Shown here: piece by piece, positions 28,455 through 39,057 of the stretch
Numbering within the stretch: position 1 is the stretch's first letter
Layout: each line of letters starts with the position of its first letter
NCBI GenBank assembly: GCA_015232645.1
Contig: JADFZF010000002.1
Location: 1-59,634 of the forward strand
From: Magnetococcales bacterium
GTDB taxonomy: Bacteria; Pseudomonadota; Magnetococcia; Magnetococcales; UBA8363
Length of the DNA stretch: 59,634 bases
Direction of reading: 5' to 3'
Position numbers and translations under genes: made by a program
Notes under the pieces: generated by a model
The model's database searches: none
Told to the model about the DNA's origin: nothing
Seen by the model: only the letters and a program-made list of their open reading frames with translations

Positions 28455-29360
28455 TCATGGGCTGGCGGACCGAATCATGACCTCGCTCAGCAAGGACTTG
28501 AGACGCAACAGGTCCCCGTCCAGGGCGGCCTGGCCCCGCCACCATTGTCCATCGGGAGATTGATGTCCCACTCCCAGGCGAATGTTGGTCAAATGTCGAT
28601 CCATCCGTTGCCGGATCACATGTCCGTGGAGTGCGGCGAAGGGGTCTCTGCGGACGATTTCCCGCAAAACCGCCTCCCCCTCCCGAACTTTCATTGCAGC
28701 GATGGCCAGCCCCTCGGTGCCAATCCGAAACCAGTCTTCGACCAGTCTGCGCGAGTGGCAATCCTGGCACAGGGCCATACGCCATTCCCGGTGAGGCGCC
28801 CCCACCGCCGTCATGAGAGGGGATGGTTCTGCCACCGGATCGGAAGTCCATTGCAGGGAGTGACGACCCCGAGGCAGGTGACAGTAACCGCAGGTCGGCG
28901 AGCGATAATTACCGTCACTCAACCATCGGGAATAATCGCCATCCTCGGCCGCCAAAGTGAGGATCACCCCGTGTTTGGAGATCAGGTAGCTGGCACTTTC
29001 ACGGGGATGACAGCCAAGGCACACTTCATTTTTACGCGCCCGGGCGGCCATGGCCCCATCGTGAATGCTGCCATGGCAGGAGCTGCAATCAACCCGACCC
29101 GGCCGATGACGTGGACTTCTTTCCCAATCCTGGACCAGGTCTTGATCCCGTTGCCGATGGCACTCCGGACAAGCGTTGGGCGGCGTCGGTTCCATCCGCA
29201 TCGCATGGCTGATCCCGGTCATGGCCACCGTCATGGCTAACAACAGACCTGCGAAGACCGGCAGCCGCAGCGAATTTCGTTTGGCAGCCAGGAGGTTAAT
29301 GGTTGTCCCGGTTGAAGCGGGTATATTCCCCGTCCATCCACACCCGTTTGAGGTCCACAT
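28455..29360 (-). CDS. pentahaem c-type cytochrome (shorter paralogue of the upstream octahaem protein)
   Basis: Five CxxCH motifs: CPECH, CSSCH, CLGCH, CGYCH, CQDCH. A hydrophobic signal-like segment LPVFAGLLLAMTVAMTGISHA is present. VQDWERSPRH....VDCSSCHG parallels VKDWRQSRHA....VDCSACHG in the octahaem protein. The ATG at 29360 overlaps the upstream gene by 65 nt, so the start is uncertain. Confidence 0.7.
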   Translation of the reverse strand: MWTSNGCGWTGNIPASTGTTINLLAAKRNSLRLPVFAGLLLAMTVAMTGISHAMRMEPTPPNACPECHRQRDQDLVQDWERSPRHRPGRVDCSSCHGSIHDGAMAARARKNEVCLGCHPRESASYLISKHGVILTLAAEDGDYSRWLSDGNYRSPTCGYCHLPRGRHSLQWTSDPVAEPSPLMTAVGAPHREWRMALCQDCHSRRLVEDWFRIGTEGLAIAAMKVREGEAVLREIVRRDPFAALHGHVIRQRMDRHLTNIRLGVGHQSPDGQWWRGQAALDGDLLRLKSLLSEVMIRSASP

Positions 29361-30600
29361 CCTTGACCATCTTTCCCAAGAGTTTCAGTCGTTCCGTCTG
29401 CGTCGCAATGGTTCTCGAGGTATCGATCATCAGGTCATGACAACCTGACGACATCTTTCTCGCCCCATGGGCCATCCCCTTGTAGGCGCCCGGATTGGCA
29501 AAATACCACATTTCAAAATAATCCCGTTCCACGGCGCTCACGTTGTAGAAGGCCGATTCCATTCCTTCAAGGTCACCGATGCGCACCCGGGGAAACCACT
29601 GCCCCCAGGGATCCGTGGAAAAATGGGGACGGTCGGTCGCCTTCGGCAGCAGCCAACCATGGCGTCGCAATGCTTTGAGCTGATCTTCCACGGCATACAG
29701 TTTTTTCCAGGCGCTCCCGCGTTCCTCATCCAGCGACAGGAAAAAATCTTCCGCAATCGGCGACGGATGACACTCTTTGCAAATGGCCGACCAGCGTTTA
29801 CGTTTAATGGTATTTTCTGCCGTTCTTGGATTGATTTCCCGGATACCCGACTTCCACAGCGACTTGTCGGCGATCAGATGACGGCCATTGGTCATATGGC
29901 ACCCGGCGCAGCCGGGAGCGGGATAATTGCCACGGCGCAGGGGTCGGTTCCAATCCCATTTTTTCCCCTCCCGAAGATAGAATAGGCCGTGTGGCGAGGA
30001 AAAGTAGCTTTGATCGTCAGGGTGTGGCGGACCAGTATGGCAGGTGATGCAGGCTTCGGGCCTGCGGGCCTCGGCGGCAGCAAAACGGTGGCGGGTATGA
30101 CAGGAATCGCATCGCTGGGCCACCGAATGGCAGTGCAGGCAGGCCGCCACTTCCGCCTTGGGTTTTTCGGCAAAAGCCGAACTGTCGGTCAGCCGCTCCA
30201 GGGCCAGGGCATGGCTGGGAAATCCATACCTTTTTTCCTCCTCCATCTGGGCCACGGGCCGGGGATGGCATTGGCCACAGATCGCCGGAGCCGGCAACCG
30301 CAGGCGCTGATGATCGTGGCCATGACAGGCAGAACAATCCACCGGATTTTCACCGCGGGCATGTCGGCTTTGCCGCCAATCCTTGACGATTCCCGGGGTC
30401 AGAGTGGCGTGACATTCCAGACATTCTTCACCTTTGAAGGTTCCGATCACCTTGCGGTCTTGGGGGCGGGAATCGATGCGCGGTTCCCGATCGGCAGAGA
30501 TGGCATCCCCCCTTTGAAGTCGGTTCTCCTGACCGGCACACACCGATACCGGCCACAACCACCCCGCAGCGATCAGAAAGGGGACGATGGCCAGCAGCAT
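29296..30600 (-). CDS. octahaem c-type cytochrome, hydroxylamine-oxidoreductase (HAO) family-like
   Basis: Eight CxxCH motifs: CLECH, CSACH, CGQCH, CLHCH, CDSCH, CITCH, CAGCH, CKECH. I prefer ATG 30600 (MLLAIVPFLIAAGWLWPVSVCAG, a signal peptide) because the ORF-track start 30789 overlaps the upstream gene. Confidence 0.7.
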   Translation of the reverse strand: MLLAIVPFLIAAGWLWPVSVCAGQENRLQRGDAISADREPRIDSRPQDRKVIGTFKGEECLECHATLTPGIVKDWRQSRHARGENPVDCSACHGHDHQRLRLPAPAICGQCHPRPVAQMEEEKRYGFPSHALALERLTDSSAFAEKPKAEVAACLHCHSVAQRCDSCHTRHRFAAAEARRPEACITCHTGPPHPDDQSYFSSPHGLFYLREGKKWDWNRPLRRGNYPAPGCAGCHMTNGRHLIADKSLWKSGIREINPRTAENTIKRKRWSAICKECHPSPIAEDFFLSLDEERGSAWKKLYAVEDQLKALRRHGWLLPKATDRPHFSTDPWGQWFPRVRIGDLEGMESAFYNVSAVERDYFEMWYFANPGAYKGMAHGARKMSSGCHDLMIDTSRTIATQTERLKLLGKMVKDVDLKRVWMDGEYTRFNRDNH

Positions 30601-30650
30601 GCAACGAAATTCGTCGCCATCGAAACCGACCCGACGTGGCCGCGAAGGGG

Positions 30651-31913
30651 CTAGAGTTGGGCTGGGCCGAGTCCACATAAGGTTGCCAATTGACTGATCA
30701 GTTCGTTTCCGGTACCCACCTGGGAGGAAAAATACCCGCCCAGTGCCAGGGCCATTCCCAACAACAGACCGTAGGCCGCCCATTGCCAACGATTGGCGTG
30801 GTTATTGAAACCGGCGAGTTGCCGCAGCCGGTCGCCGTTCTGACGCAAGGAACGGTGCAGCAGATTACGGATATCATGGAAGGCCAGACTTTGAGTGGGA
30901 CATTCGCTGACGCAGCGACCGCAGCCCATGCATTCGGCGGTTTTGATCGCTCCGCTTTGCGCTCCCAGGTGCCAGACCGGGATCCCCATGTCGCATACGC
31001 GCAGGCATCGGTCGCACTGAATGCAACCGGAGGGGTCATAATCGATGCGAAACGGCCCGACCTTGTTCAACAAGCCGAAGGTGGCCCCGAACGGGCACAG
31101 GAATCGACAATATCCCCGATTGCCCAACCACGGAGAGAGAGGCATGCTGCCGTAATAGGTCACCCCGACCGCCAGGGCGAACAATCCCAGATAGGCGGAA
31201 GTCGCGGCATTGGCGGGACGGAGCATGGCCAGCATGGCTCCGAGATAGAGAACAAACCACAGCCATTTGATCCGCCTGAGGCTCCAGGCTCGTGGGCCTC
31301 GCGGGACATGGTCGGCATGGCGAAAGGGAAACCCGACCACTTCGCGAATCCCGACGCACGGGCAGTTGAATCCACATATGATCCGTCGGCCAAACAGGAA
31401 TACGGCGACCATGACCAGGAAAAAGGTCAATGTCCCCGGGGTATGCAACGACGGAAATACCGGCAGCCATCCCAGGTAACCCACATACGGCTCCACAAAG
31501 GGGAACAGGGCGGGGATCCACCACCACAAGACGGTGACATTGACGACAATGATGATCAGCCGTCGGCGGCTGTAGGGATTTTTTTCCGCCCTGATCCGCC
31601 ACAGGCCAAAAACGAGAATGAGGGCACATTCGGTGTATCTGTCGAGCCACCAGGGGGAATCGAAGGCAAATATCCAGGTTTCGTTCAACCAGCCCAAAAA
31701 GGCCCAGGTAAAAACGGCAATCGCCAGCCAACGGACCCATGGAAAATAGCGCCCTGCCAGAGATCGTTGCCGGCTGACGGGGATGAAGCGCAGAGCCGGT
31801 GCGGTAGGGTTGGGGGGGATCGTCATGGGGTGCCCGAAGTCCGTTGCGGTCGAGTGAGCGGGAAGGATCCGGGAGGCGGTCGGCCTCTGCGAGCCATCGG
31901 ATCGTTCAATCAT
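30651..31913 (-). CDS. integral-membrane polyferredoxin (NapH/MauN/NosH-like 4Fe-4S protein)
   Basis: Several hydrophobic helices are present, with CGFNCPC and CRFLCPFG motifs typical of NapH-type proteins. Two ferredoxin motifs follow: CIQCDRCLRVCD and CMGCGRCVSECP. The start is uncertain (M1, or the internal MTIPPNP). Confidence 0.7.
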   Translation of the reverse strand: MIERSDGSQRPTASRILPAHSTATDFGHPMTIPPNPTAPALRFIPVSRQRSLAGRYFPWVRWLAIAVFTWAFLGWLNETWIFAFDSPWWLDRYTECALILVFGLWRIRAEKNPYSRRRLIIIVVNVTVLWWWIPALFPFVEPYVGYLGWLPVFPSLHTPGTLTFFLVMVAVFLFGRRIICGFNCPCVGIREVVGFPFRHADHVPRGPRAWSLRRIKWLWFVLYLGAMLAMLRPANAATSAYLGLFALAVGVTYYGSMPLSPWLGNRGYCRFLCPFGATFGLLNKVGPFRIDYDPSGCIQCDRCLRVCDMGIPVWHLGAQSGAIKTAECMGCGRCVSECPTQSLAFHDIRNLLHRSLRQNGDRLRQLAGFNNHANRWQWAAYGLLLGMALALGGYFSSQVGTGNELISQLATLCGLGPAQL

Positions 31914-32040
31914 CGCGACATCTTAATGCAAAAAAAACACCAGCGGCAACAGACCATTGCCGAAGCGACCGTCCTGCCATACACTTGCCCGACAGCATGG
32001 TGCCTCCTCCATCCCTTTCGATCCCATCCCGCAGGCCCGC

Positions 32041-33141
32041 ATGAACACGACCCATTCATTGCCATCGACCCCACCCAGCTCCCTGTTTTTACGTGCCTGC
32101 CTGGGATTGGAGGTGGAGCGGACGCCGGTGTGGTTGATGCGCCAGGCGGGACGCTACCTGCCGGAGTATCGGGAAGTTCGCAAACTGGCCGGAGATTTTC
32201 TTGCTTTGTGCAAGACCCCGGAACTCGCAGCCCGGGTGACTTTGCAACCCATCGAACGTTTTGCGCTGGATGCCGCCATCCTGTTTTCCGACATTCTGGT
32301 TATCCCCGAGGCCATGGGGATGACTCTGACTTTCCTCGAAGGGGAGGGGCCACATTTCCCCACCCCTCTGAATCGGCCTGCGGAGCTGGAGCGTCTCGTG
32401 CTCCCCGATCCGGAGGTGCAGTTGGGGTATGTATTGAGGGCCGTCCGCACGATTCGCCAACAACTTCCCGCCCCGATCCCACTCATCGGTTTTTCCGGTT
32501 CCCCCTGGACCCTGGCCACCTACATGATCGAGGGGGGGTCCAGCAAAAAGTTCACCCGGATCAAAACCGCCCTTTACGACGATCCCCATTTTCTTGATGC
32601 CCTTCTGGAACGGCTGGCGGTAGCGGTGACCGACTATCTCAACGCCCAGATCGACCATGGGGTGGCGGCGGTACAACTTTTCGACACCTGGGGGGGGGTG
32701 TTAGGTCCCGATGAATATCGCCATTTTTCCCTGGAGCCCATGGCACGCATCATTGCCGGGCTCAAGCGTCTTCGACCCGATGGGACGCGCATCCCCGTCA
32801 TTCTTTTTTCCAAGGGTTGTGGCGGTTACCTCGAGACCATCGCCGCCTCGGGATGTGATGTGATCGGGCTGGACTGGACCACCCCCCTGGATCAGGCCCG
32901 GTCCCGCCTGGGTCCGGCAATAGCACTGCAGGGTAATCTGGATCCTGCCGTCCTCTATGCCCAGCCCGGGCGTATTCGTACCGAGGTCGGACGGGTCCTG
33001 GGAACCATGGGGGGGCAAAACGGACATATTTTCAACCTGGGCCACGGCATCGAACCCAACGTCAACCCGGAACGGGTGGCGGTGCTCGTCCAGACGGTCC
33101 ATGAAGAAAGCCGACGCATCAAACTGAATGTTGTAGCGTAA
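32041..33141 (+). CDS. hemE: uroporphyrinogen decarboxylase
   Basis: ATG 32041. FLRACLGLEVERTPVWLMRQAGRYLPEYREVR is the HemE signature, followed by ILFSDILVIPEAMG and a GF.G.PWTLA block. Confidence 0.93.
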   Translation: MNTTHSLPSTPPSSLFLRACLGLEVERTPVWLMRQAGRYLPEYREVRKLAGDFLALCKTPELAARVTLQPIERFALDAAILFSDILVIPEAMGMTLTFLEGEGPHFPTPLNRPAELERLVLPDPEVQLGYVLRAVRTIRQQLPAPIPLIGFSGSPWTLATYMIEGGSSKKFTRIKTALYDDPHFLDALLERLAVAVTDYLNAQIDHGVAAVQLFDTWGGVLGPDEYRHFSLEPMARIIAGLKRLRPDGTRIPVILFSKGCGGYLETIAASGCDVIGLDWTTPLDQARSRLGPAIALQGNLDPAVLYAQPGRIRTEVGRVLGTMGGQNGHIFNLGHGIEPNVNPERVAVLVQTVHEESRRIKLNVVA

Positions 33142-33699
33142 AATCAAATTCGCGACTCTCTATGTGGAGCCACTGAAGAGACTCCGCACCCCATGCACCA
33201 TAAGCGTAACCGCATATCCATCCAGATCCCCCCAGTCAGTTACAAATCGGCTTGGGTGATTGCATCATTTTCTGCATGTGGTATTGATCCAGAGGATTTC
33301 CAGGTGCGATGTCCCGGCACCCTGGCTCATTTCCATGCCATTGTCCGCTCAAAGATGGTATCATGACGATTGGATGGTTGAGTGTGGTGTGACAGAAGGA
33401 CAAAATGAGTCGGACCAGTGGATGGGAGGGGCCAGGGAAAGGATGGGACCCGGCCAATGGGGTGTGGAGCGAGGCCCGAAGATTTTGATATTTTTCCCCC
33501 ATTAAGGAGGACCACGGGGGCACGCCATGGCCCTCAGGCTTGACGAGTCATCGCGATAAGCCAAAAGGGGGTGTACCTGTTGTTTCGAACCATCGGCATC
33601 GTTGGCCGTCGCTCTCGCCAAAGTACCGGCAGCCGAGGCCCCCGCGCGCGTTTCCCGCGCTGTACACCAACCATGCATCGCGTGACGGGGGAGGAAAAA

Positions 33700-33759
33700 C
33701 CAGCCCTTTGGGTCTGGCACCCAACCCCTGCGGGAAGAGCCCCTTTCCCCAATCCATCC
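33700..33759 (-). repeat. REP-like element, copy D (inverted orientation)
   Basis: The reverse complement GGATGGATTGGGGAAAGGGGCTCTTCCCGCAGGGGTTGGGTGCCAGACCCAAAGGGCTGG is colinear with copies B and C. It lies inside the 724-nt non-coding gap between hemE and the sensor kinase. Confidence 0.55.
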
Positions 33760-33865
33760 GATTCACCACTTCACACCTTCCGAACCAGGTCTTGTATCAT
33801 GGTGGATATTCTGACAAATCCGCGGCCTGACAAAAACTCCATCATGTCAACTTCCGTCTGAAGTC

Positions 33866-36800
33866 TTGAAACTCATGAGTGACCCAGGGATCGAACCCAA
33901 ACGAATACTCCTCATCGACGATCAATATATCACCTATAAATATTTGGATCGTATGATCGATGTCGATGACCTGAAACTTTTCTACTGCCAGGACCCCAGG
34001 CAGGCCTGCCTGGATGCGGAAAAGATACGACCCATGGTCATTCTGCTGGATCTGGTCATGCCGGAGATGGACGGAATGAGCCTGTTGCGGCAATTACGCA
34101 AACATCGGGTGACCAGTAACATTCCCGTCATTCTCCTTACCTCCATCGACGAACCCCAGATCAAGGCCGAAGGGTTTGCGGCTGGCGCCAGCAATTATCT
34201 AGTCAAATTTCCCGATCGGGTGGAGATGATCGCCCGCCTGCGTTATCATGCCCATACCTTTGTGCGCATGGCACGAAAATCAAAGGAATGCGAAGACTGT
34301 ATCGATCTGCTGCAGTCCGCCATCAAAGGGATCGTGATGCTGGATGTCACGTCCAAGGTGATCGTCGATGCCAACGAAACCTTTTGCCAGCTTATGGGGT
34401 ACGACCGCTCCGCCCTTGTGGGCCACCACATGGGGGAATGCGTCCGGATGGAAGATCAGGATTCGGTACAACGGGCGTTGGAGCGGATCCCGCAACCCGA
34501 TCATCGTGTTTACGACGTTTCCCTCCGCCATATTTCGGGAGGTGAGGTTCGGGTGCGCTTTTGTGTGACTGTCGATACCCGTTCCCAGATCGACCGCAAG
34601 GCGATCACGCTGACCTTTGTCCTCGATCGTTCGGAAACCCTGGAAGGTTCCGACTACAGTACCCAATTCCGCCTGCATGCCGATATGATTCCCGGGATGG
34701 TCTGGATGTGCAATCGGGAAATGAAACGGACCTTTTTCAACGATGGTTGGCTGGCCTTTACCGGCAAGATCATGGCTCGCGAACTGGATGACGGCTGGTT
34801 GGAGGGGGTTCATCCCGATGATGCCCCAGGGCTGCGGGTCCATTTTGCCGATGTTTTTGCCTGTCGCCAACGTTTTGCCATGGAATATCGCCTGCGCACC
34901 AAGGATGGGTCCTATCGCTGGGTGTACGACACCGGTTTCCCGTTTTTTGCCCAGGGAGATAACTTTCAAGGTTATACAGGAAGTTGCGTTGATATCAACG
35001 AACGCAAGGGATTTGAGGAACGCTTGCGCAATTTCAACATGGAACTGGAAGCGCGCATCCAGGATCGGACCGTGGAGTTGCAACGGGAGGTGGAAGAACG
35101 AAAAAATGCGCAGATGAAGGAGCGTCGCGCCCGGGAGATACAGAATACCGTCAGCAACATGTTGCGCATTGCCTTGCTCGCCATTCCACTGAAGAAAAAA
35201 TTGGAAACCGCCTTGAGCATGATCGTCAACACCCTCACCGGTGACATGCTGCCCAAGGGGATGATCCTGCTCAAAGATCGGGACCAGGAAACCCTGTCGG
35301 TGGTGGCGCATCGAGGATTCAGCGAACTGTCGCCCCTGCCCTGCTCACGGGTCAAATTCGGCGAGTGCCTGTGCGGAATTGCCGCCCGCCGGCACGAAAA
35401 TATTTTTTCACACCATATCGACGAATTACACTCGATTCGGACCCCGGACATGGAACCCCATGGACACTATTGCCTGCCTTTGCTTTCGGAAGACCGGCTC
35501 CTGGGTGTTTTATCGATCTACGTCAAACACCTGTCCGAATACAATCCGGACAACGAAAAAAATTTCCAGGCTTATGCCCATACCTTGGCCACCATCCTGG
35601 AGCAAAGCCGGACCGAAGAGCTGCAGAAGGAAAAGATGGCCGCCGAGGCGGCTAGCCGCGCCAAAAGCCAATTTTTGGCGACCATGAGCCACGAGATTCG
35701 TACCCCACTGAATGGTATCCTGGGGATGACCAGTCTGCTGTTGACCTCCGAAGTGACCGAAGACCAACGCCGACGTCTCATGCAGATCCACCAATCGGGC
35801 AACAATCTGCTCAACATCCTCAACGATATTCTCGATATCTCCAAAATCGAGGCGGGAATGATGATCGTAGAGTCACGTCCCTTCGTCCTGAACGATGTGA
35901 TCCGTGTCCTCTCCAACTTGGTCGAACGAAAGATTGAAGAAAAACGGTTGGTTTACAGCGTGTCCATTCACCCCGACGTCCCGCAGTTCGTCAAAGGGGA
36001 TTCGGTACGTCTGGGGCAGATATTGAACAATCTGCTGGCCAACGCGGTCAAATTCACCCATGAGGGACGGATTACCCTGAGTATCACCATGGACGAGATC
36101 GAGTTTCATCAAGGGTTGATGCGATTTACCGTTGAGGATACCGGAATCGGCATCTCCCGACAGGTCCTGTCGGGGTTGTTTCAACCCTTCACCCAGGCGG
36201 ACGACTCGACAACGCGCAAATACGGTGGTACCGGGTTGGGGCTGGCCATCAGCCGACGGTTGGTGGAGATGATGGGAGGCACCATCGATGTGGAGTCGGA
36301 ACCGGGCCGCGGCAGCCGGTTCACTTTCACCGTGCGTCTGGGAATCACCCACGAAACATCCACGGGAACAGTACCCGACTCGTTATCTCCCAAGCAGCTC
36401 GTCGCCCAATCCCGACGGGTTCTCAAGGGAGGACGGGTGTTGCTGGTGGAAGATGATCCGATCAATATCGACGTGGCCCGGGATGTATTGCAACAGGTCG
36501 GATTGCAGGTGGAGGTGGCGCACAATGGCATCGAGGCCCTTGCCGCCGTGGTCGGAGATGGCCTGGCGCACAGGAAACACTACGATCTGGTGCTCATGGA
36601 CCTGCTCATGCCCCGCATGGACGGATTCGACGCCACCCGCCTCATCCGCAAACACCTGAGCAAGGAACAACTGCCTATCATCGCCATGACCGCCAGCGCC
36701 ATGAGCGGCGAACGCGAACGATGCCTGAGCGCGGGGATGAACGATCATCTTCCCAAACCGGTGGAGCTGGAGATTCTCTATACGGTTTTGTCGCGCTGGA

Positions 36801-38644
36801 TCCAGATGCCTGATAGGAAGATCGATACCTCGTCCCATCCCCTCCCCCATGCCGCCGAGCCGGGGGAAAGGAAATCGAACCCGGACGACTTCGACTTCAT
36901 CAGAGGCCTCCAAACCATCGACGTGTCCGGCGCGATACGAAAATTCGGCCATAACCCCAAGTTTTACCGCAAATTGCTCCTTGACTTTCGCAAAGGCTAC
37001 GCCGACACCGGCAAGTCCATGGAAGAGGCGATGAATCGCGGTGCCTTGGCGGATGCCAAACGGTTGGCCCACACCATGAAGGGGGTGTCGGGAAACATCC
37101 TGGCCCAAGGACTGGCCGAAGCGGCCCACCAGTTGGAAATCATCATCGGCACCGATCCCGACGTGGAAATGTGCCGCGAGCCATTGCGCCATTTTAACGA
37201 GGCCTTGGCCAAATTGCTTCGGGATCTCGACCCCATCGCAGCGGGTCGGGATCCCGATCCGGTGCCCCCCCCCCCGTCTGTCGTCCAAGGATGCCCCCGA
37301 GGTTCTGGGGCGGTTGGCGGACTGTCTGCGCAGCAACAACGCCCGGGCTTTGGAGATCGTCACGTCGGCCGCGGCCTGGCTGAGAGAGGAGGGATGCGAG
37401 CCGGAATACCAAACCATGTTGGAGTCACTGGAAAAATTCGATTTCAAGGGAGCCATGATGCACTTGAAGATCATATCCGACAAACTGGGGCTCGACCTTT
37501 CGGGAGCCGCCTTATGACCATCGAACCCGTTCGGCGCCAGGTACTGGTGGTGGATGACGATGCCCAGAGCATCCGTCTGTTGCTGGAAGTTCTCCATCCC
37601 CTGGATCTGGAAATAATGGTGGCTACCGACGGTCATACCGCTCTGGAAATCACGGCCCAACACATCCCCGACCTGGTGCTTCTGGATATCATGATGCCCG
37701 ATTTGAGCGGCTACGATGTCTGCCAGGCCATTAAAACCAATGTCGAAACCCGAGACATCCCCGTTATTTTCATCTCCGCCATGTCGGCCACGGAAGATGA
37801 GAGCACCGGTCTTAAACTGGGAGCAGTGGATTACATCACCAAGCCGTTCCAGTTTGAAATCGTCCGTTCGCGGGTGCAAACCCACCTTGAACTGCGTGCC
37901 GCCTACCAGGAATTGGCCCGGATCAATCAAAATCTCATGGAAGAACGGCGGCTGATCGAGCGGGTCCTGGCCAACACCCGGGAGGCGGAGTTGTTGGATC
38001 ATCGCTATCTTTCCACCCACGTCGCCCCCAAGCAGGAGGCGATGGGCGACATACTGTTGGCCGCTTTTCGTCCCGATGGCGCCCAACACGTCATGCTAGG
38101 CGATTTTACCGGACACGGTTTGACGGCGGCCATAGGGGGGCCACTGGTTGCCGATCTTTTTTATGCCCGCACGGCCCGCAATGAACCGATGGAAATCCTT
38201 GTTGATGAAATCAACGCCAAGCTGTTCCGTATCCTCCCCGAAGGGATGTTCATGGCGGCCATTTTTGTGGAAATCAGCCCTGATCGGCGCAAGTGCTCCC
38301 TGTGGAACTGCGGCATGCGCGAGGCCTTTCTGTTCCGCAGCGGGGTTTGCCAGGAACGGCTCTCCTCGACTCATTTCCCACGCGGGCTCATGCGGATCTC
38401 TGAACGCCCGGGAGTCGATCTGGAACTGCGGACCGACGACAAACTGTACCTGTACAGCGATGGATTCGTCGAGGAGATGGATGTTGAGAAACATATGTTT
38501 GGGACCGAACGGCTGCTGCAAATCTTGCAAAAAATTGCTGCTGGCGAAAAAACGTTCGAATTCCTTGCCGAGACTCTGGCCAACTTCCGTCCCAAAGGAA
38601 CCCCTCAAAGCGACGACATGTTCATGGTGGAGGTGAATTGCTAG
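33866..38644 (+). CDS. uninterrupted 1592-aa ORF: a REC-PAS-PAS-GAF-HisKA-HATPase-REC-Hpt hybrid kinase read through a poly-C tract into a REC-PP2C(SpoIIE) phosphatase
   Basis: TTG 33866 or ATG 33875. REC1 has ILLIDDQ and [11 protein letters not shown]. HisKA is [12 protein letters not shown]. HATPase has [28 protein letters not shown]2 has [10 protein letters not shown] and [13 protein letters not shown]. Hpt is [11 protein letters not shown] ~79-aa Gly/Arg-rich segment of non-protein-like composition follows the C run. REC3 then starts at [16 protein letters not shown] (ATG 37514) with [11 protein letters not shown]. The PP2C-like C-terminus has [23 protein letters not shown]. It is probably two genes; see the findings. 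Confidence 0.8.
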   Translation: MKLMSDPGIEPKRILLIDDQYITYKYLDRMIDVDDLKLFYCQDPRQACLDAEKIRPMVILLDLVMPEMDGMSLLRQLRKHRVTSNIPVILLTSIDEPQIKAEGFAAGASNYLVKFPDRVEMIARLRYHAHTFVRMARKSKECEDCIDLLQSAIKGIVMLDVTSKVIVDANETFCQLMGYDRSALVGHHMGECVRMEDQDSVQRALERIPQPDHRVYDVSLRHISGGEVRVRFCVTVDTRSQIDRKAITLTFVLDRSETLEGSDYSTQFRLHADMIPGMVWMCNREMKRTFFNDGWLAFTGKIMARELDDGWLEGVHPDDAPGLRVHFADVFACRQRFAMEYRLRTKDGSYRWVYDTGFPFFAQGDNFQGYTGSCVDINERKGFEERLRNFNMELEARIQDRTVELQREVEERKNAQMKERRAREIQNTVSNMLRIALLAIPLKKKLETALSMIVNTLTGDMLPKGMILLKDRDQETLSVVAHRGFSELSPLPCSRVKFGECLCGIAARRHENIFSHHIDELHSIRTPDMEPHGHYCLPLLSEDRLLGVLSIYVKHLSEYNPDNEKNFQAYAHTLATILEQSRTEELQKEKMAAEAASRAKSQFLATMSHEIRTPLNGILGMTSLLLTSEVTEDQRRRLMQIHQSGNNLLNILNDILDISKIEAGMMIVESRPFVLNDVIRVLSNLVERKIEEKRLVYSVSIHPDVPQFVKGDSVRLGQILNNLLANAVKFTHEGRITLSITMDEIEFHQGLMRFTVEDTGIGISRQVLSGLFQPFTQADDSTTRKYGGTGLGLAISRRLVEMMGGTIDVESEPGRGSRFTFTVRLGITHETSTGTVPDSLSPKQLVAQSRRVLKGGRVLLVEDDPINIDVARDVLQQVGLQVEVAHNGIEALAAVVGDGLAHRKHYDLVLMDLLMPRMDGFDATRLIRKHLSKEQLPIIAMTASAMSGERERCLSAGMNDHLPKPVELEILYTVLSRWIQMPDRKIDTSSHPLPHAAEPGERKSNPDDFDFIRGLQTIDVSGAIRKFGHNPKFYRKLLLDFRKGYADTGKSMEEAMNRGALADAKRLAHTMKGVSGNILAQGLAEAAHQLEIIIGTDPDVEMCREPLRHFNEALAKLLRDLDPIAAGRDPDPVPPPPSVVQGCPRGSGAVGGLSAQQQRPGFGDRHVGRGLAERGGMRAGIPNHVGVTGKIRFQGSHDALEDHIRQTGARPFGSRLMTIEPVRRQVLVVDDDAQSIRLLLEVLHPLDLEIMVATDGHTALEITAQHIPDLVLLDIMMPDLSGYDVCQAIKTNVETRDIPVIFISAMSATEDESTGLKLGAVDYITKPFQFEIVRSRVQTHLELRAAYQELARINQNLMEERRLIERVLANTREAELLDHRYLSTHVAPKQEAMGDILLAAFRPDGAQHVMLGDFTGHGLTAAIGGPLVADLFYARTARNEPMEILVDEINAKLFRILPEGMFMAAIFVEISPDRRKCSLWNCGMREAFLFRSGVCQERLSSTHFPRGLMRISERPGVDLELRTDDKLYLYSDGFVEEMDVEKHMFGTERLLQILQKIAAGEKTFEFLAETLANFRPKGTPQSDDMFMVEVNC
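37265..37275 (+). repeat. 11-nt poly(C) homopolymer inside the coding region
   Basis: GTG CCCCCCCCCCC GTCTG was counted directly in the sequence. It encodes PPPP in the current frame. Confidence 0.95.
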
Positions 38645-38718
38645 GTCAATGCGGTTCCCTATCGGTCTGATAGCGTTATTGCCTTACCAACCCATTGATT
38701 TTTATTGGTGAATGAAAG

Positions 38719-39036
38719 ATGATCGCATACGACAAGGTGGTGGCGGAGCAGAAAGAGTCGGTTCTGACCATCCACATAGCCGGTTGTTTCGGTTATAAGC
38801 TGATTCCCAAATTCCGTAACGCCTACAAAGGGCTTATTGCCGGAGCGCGGATCAGGATCGACCTGGAACGGGTCTACCAGATCGAAAGCGCCGCCCTGGG
38901 GGCGCTGATGGTGATGCGCAATGCTCTGGGAGGCGAAATGGCCGATATCCAGTTGGTCAACCCCTCCAGGGAGGTGCGCACGATTTTGGAGCTGTCGCAA
39001 TACCACCGTGTATTCAAGATCATATCGACTCAATAA
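38719..39036 (+). CDS. STAS-domain protein (anti-sigma-factor antagonist-like, RsbV/SpoIIAA family)
   Basis: 105 aa. The layout is typical of STAS: LTIHIAGCFGYKLIPKFRNAY........IRIDLERVYQIESAALGALMVMRNAL...IQLVNPSREVRTILELSQ. The Ser in YQIES sits at the position of the phospho-site by eye. Confidence 0.7.
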   Translation: MIAYDKVVAEQKESVLTIHIAGCFGYKLIPKFRNAYKGLIAGARIRIDLERVYQIESAALGALMVMRNALGGEMADIQLVNPSREVRTILELSQYHRVFKIISTQ

Positions 39037-39057
39037 AGTTTTATGGAAGGATCGAAA

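Noticed and set aside
30690-32597. A 635-aa plus-strand ORF, the longest unexplained ORF in the track
   Set aside because: It runs antisense to the NapH-like gene and then out of frame across the hemE 5' region, and both of those have strong family motifs. Its product is Gly/Arg/Pro/His-rich with no motif, as expected for a shadow ORF in GC-rich DNA.
33560-33640. A tRNA-like GGTTCGAAA motif on the minus strand in the hemE-kinase gap, considered as a tRNA or att-site remnant
   Set aside because: The flanking bases do not form a T-stem (GATGG against CAACA), and no acceptor or anticodon arms could be drawn.
36383-38089. A 568-aa minus-strand ORF
   Set aside because: It is fully antisense to the REC/Hpt/REC-PP2C coding region, which has clear domain motifs. 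It is low-complexity (Gly/His/Arg/Asp-rich) with no recognisable domain.
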